64,000 bases of DNA from an uncultured archaeon (GTDB lineage: Archaea > Iainarchaeota > Iainarchaeia > Iainarchaeales > VGJJ01). Made by a program: the position numbers and the translations under genes. Positions 63,813-64,000 of the stretch are shown here, in pieces. Location: the NCBI GenBank assembly GCA_964557045.1, contig CAZKYB010000002.1:1212-65211 (forward strand), read 5' to 3'. Numbering within the stretch: position 1 is the first letter of the stretch; every line of letters begins with the position of its first letter. Under the pieces are notes generated by a model, which made no database searches, was not told the DNA's origin, and worked only from the letters and a program-made list of their open reading frames with translations.

Positions 63813-64000
63813 CTATCCGAGCAACGAATTCAACGCAGCCTCGAATGTGGAATAGGGCTGTGCACCCACCACTAACTGACCCGTTTCATTACGCAACCCG
63901 ATGACGAAGGAAGGAGTTCCCCCCACGCCCACTGTCTGACCCTCGGCCATATTCGCCGCGACGGCCGACGCATACTTGTTGTCGTCCACACACGCGTTGA
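63813..64000 (-). CDS. DsbA-family protein, C-terminal part (runs off right edge)
   Basis: Manual translation ...NACVDDNKYASAVAANMAEGQTVGVGGTPSFVIG...VVGAQPYSTFEAALNSLLG*. Confidence 0.85.
   Translation of the reverse strand, partial: NACVDDNKYASAVAANMAEGQTVGVGGTPSFVIGLRNETGQLVVGAQPYSTFEAALNSLLG

Noticed and set aside
1..64000. Stop-codon reassignment, inteins, tRNA introns
   Set aside because: TAA, TAG and TGA all end conserved genes at expected positions; RadA and RFC-S are normal length; all four tRNAs are 72 nt and uninterrupted.

Overview
Gene-dense archaeal chromosome segment (archaeal CCA enzyme, aPelota, ABCE1, RFC-S, NreA, Rpp21, eS19/eL39/eL31/aIF6/PfdA/FtsY operon, SRP54, RPA, Pus10, RadA, GGGP synthase). 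A DPANN lineage such as Iainarchaeota/Diapherotrites is inferred, not shown, from divergent ribosomal proteins, very short intergenic spaces and bacterial-type imports. It has about 70 CDS and four intron-less tRNAs (Val-UAC; Gly-GCC, -CCC, -UCC clustered). I saw no rRNA, CRISPR array, transposase or integrase. Bacterial-type genes include ThrRS, Tgt and a full SUF operon. Metabolic genes include aconitase, IDH, GDH, malic enzyme, ALDH and a class III aminotransferase. Best leads: (1) five unrelated orphan genes, each inserted singly with its own TATA box and carrying an Arg/Lys(Pro)-rich terminal peptide, a candidate lineage-specific targeting or effector system; (2) a queuosine-type TGT with a hybrid bacterial/eukaryotic pocket; (3) eL39 of twice the normal length; (4) an unannotated 22-aa CxxC-terminated micropeptide; (5) structured leaders on radA and rps19e; (6) a ligand-less IscU/SufU paralog; (7) a Cys/His-tailed PadR with candidate operators heading the SUF operon; (8) a CBS-HPF fusion; (9) a His-rich/CcdA-like membrane module. 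All family calls are by eye from motifs; no searches were run.
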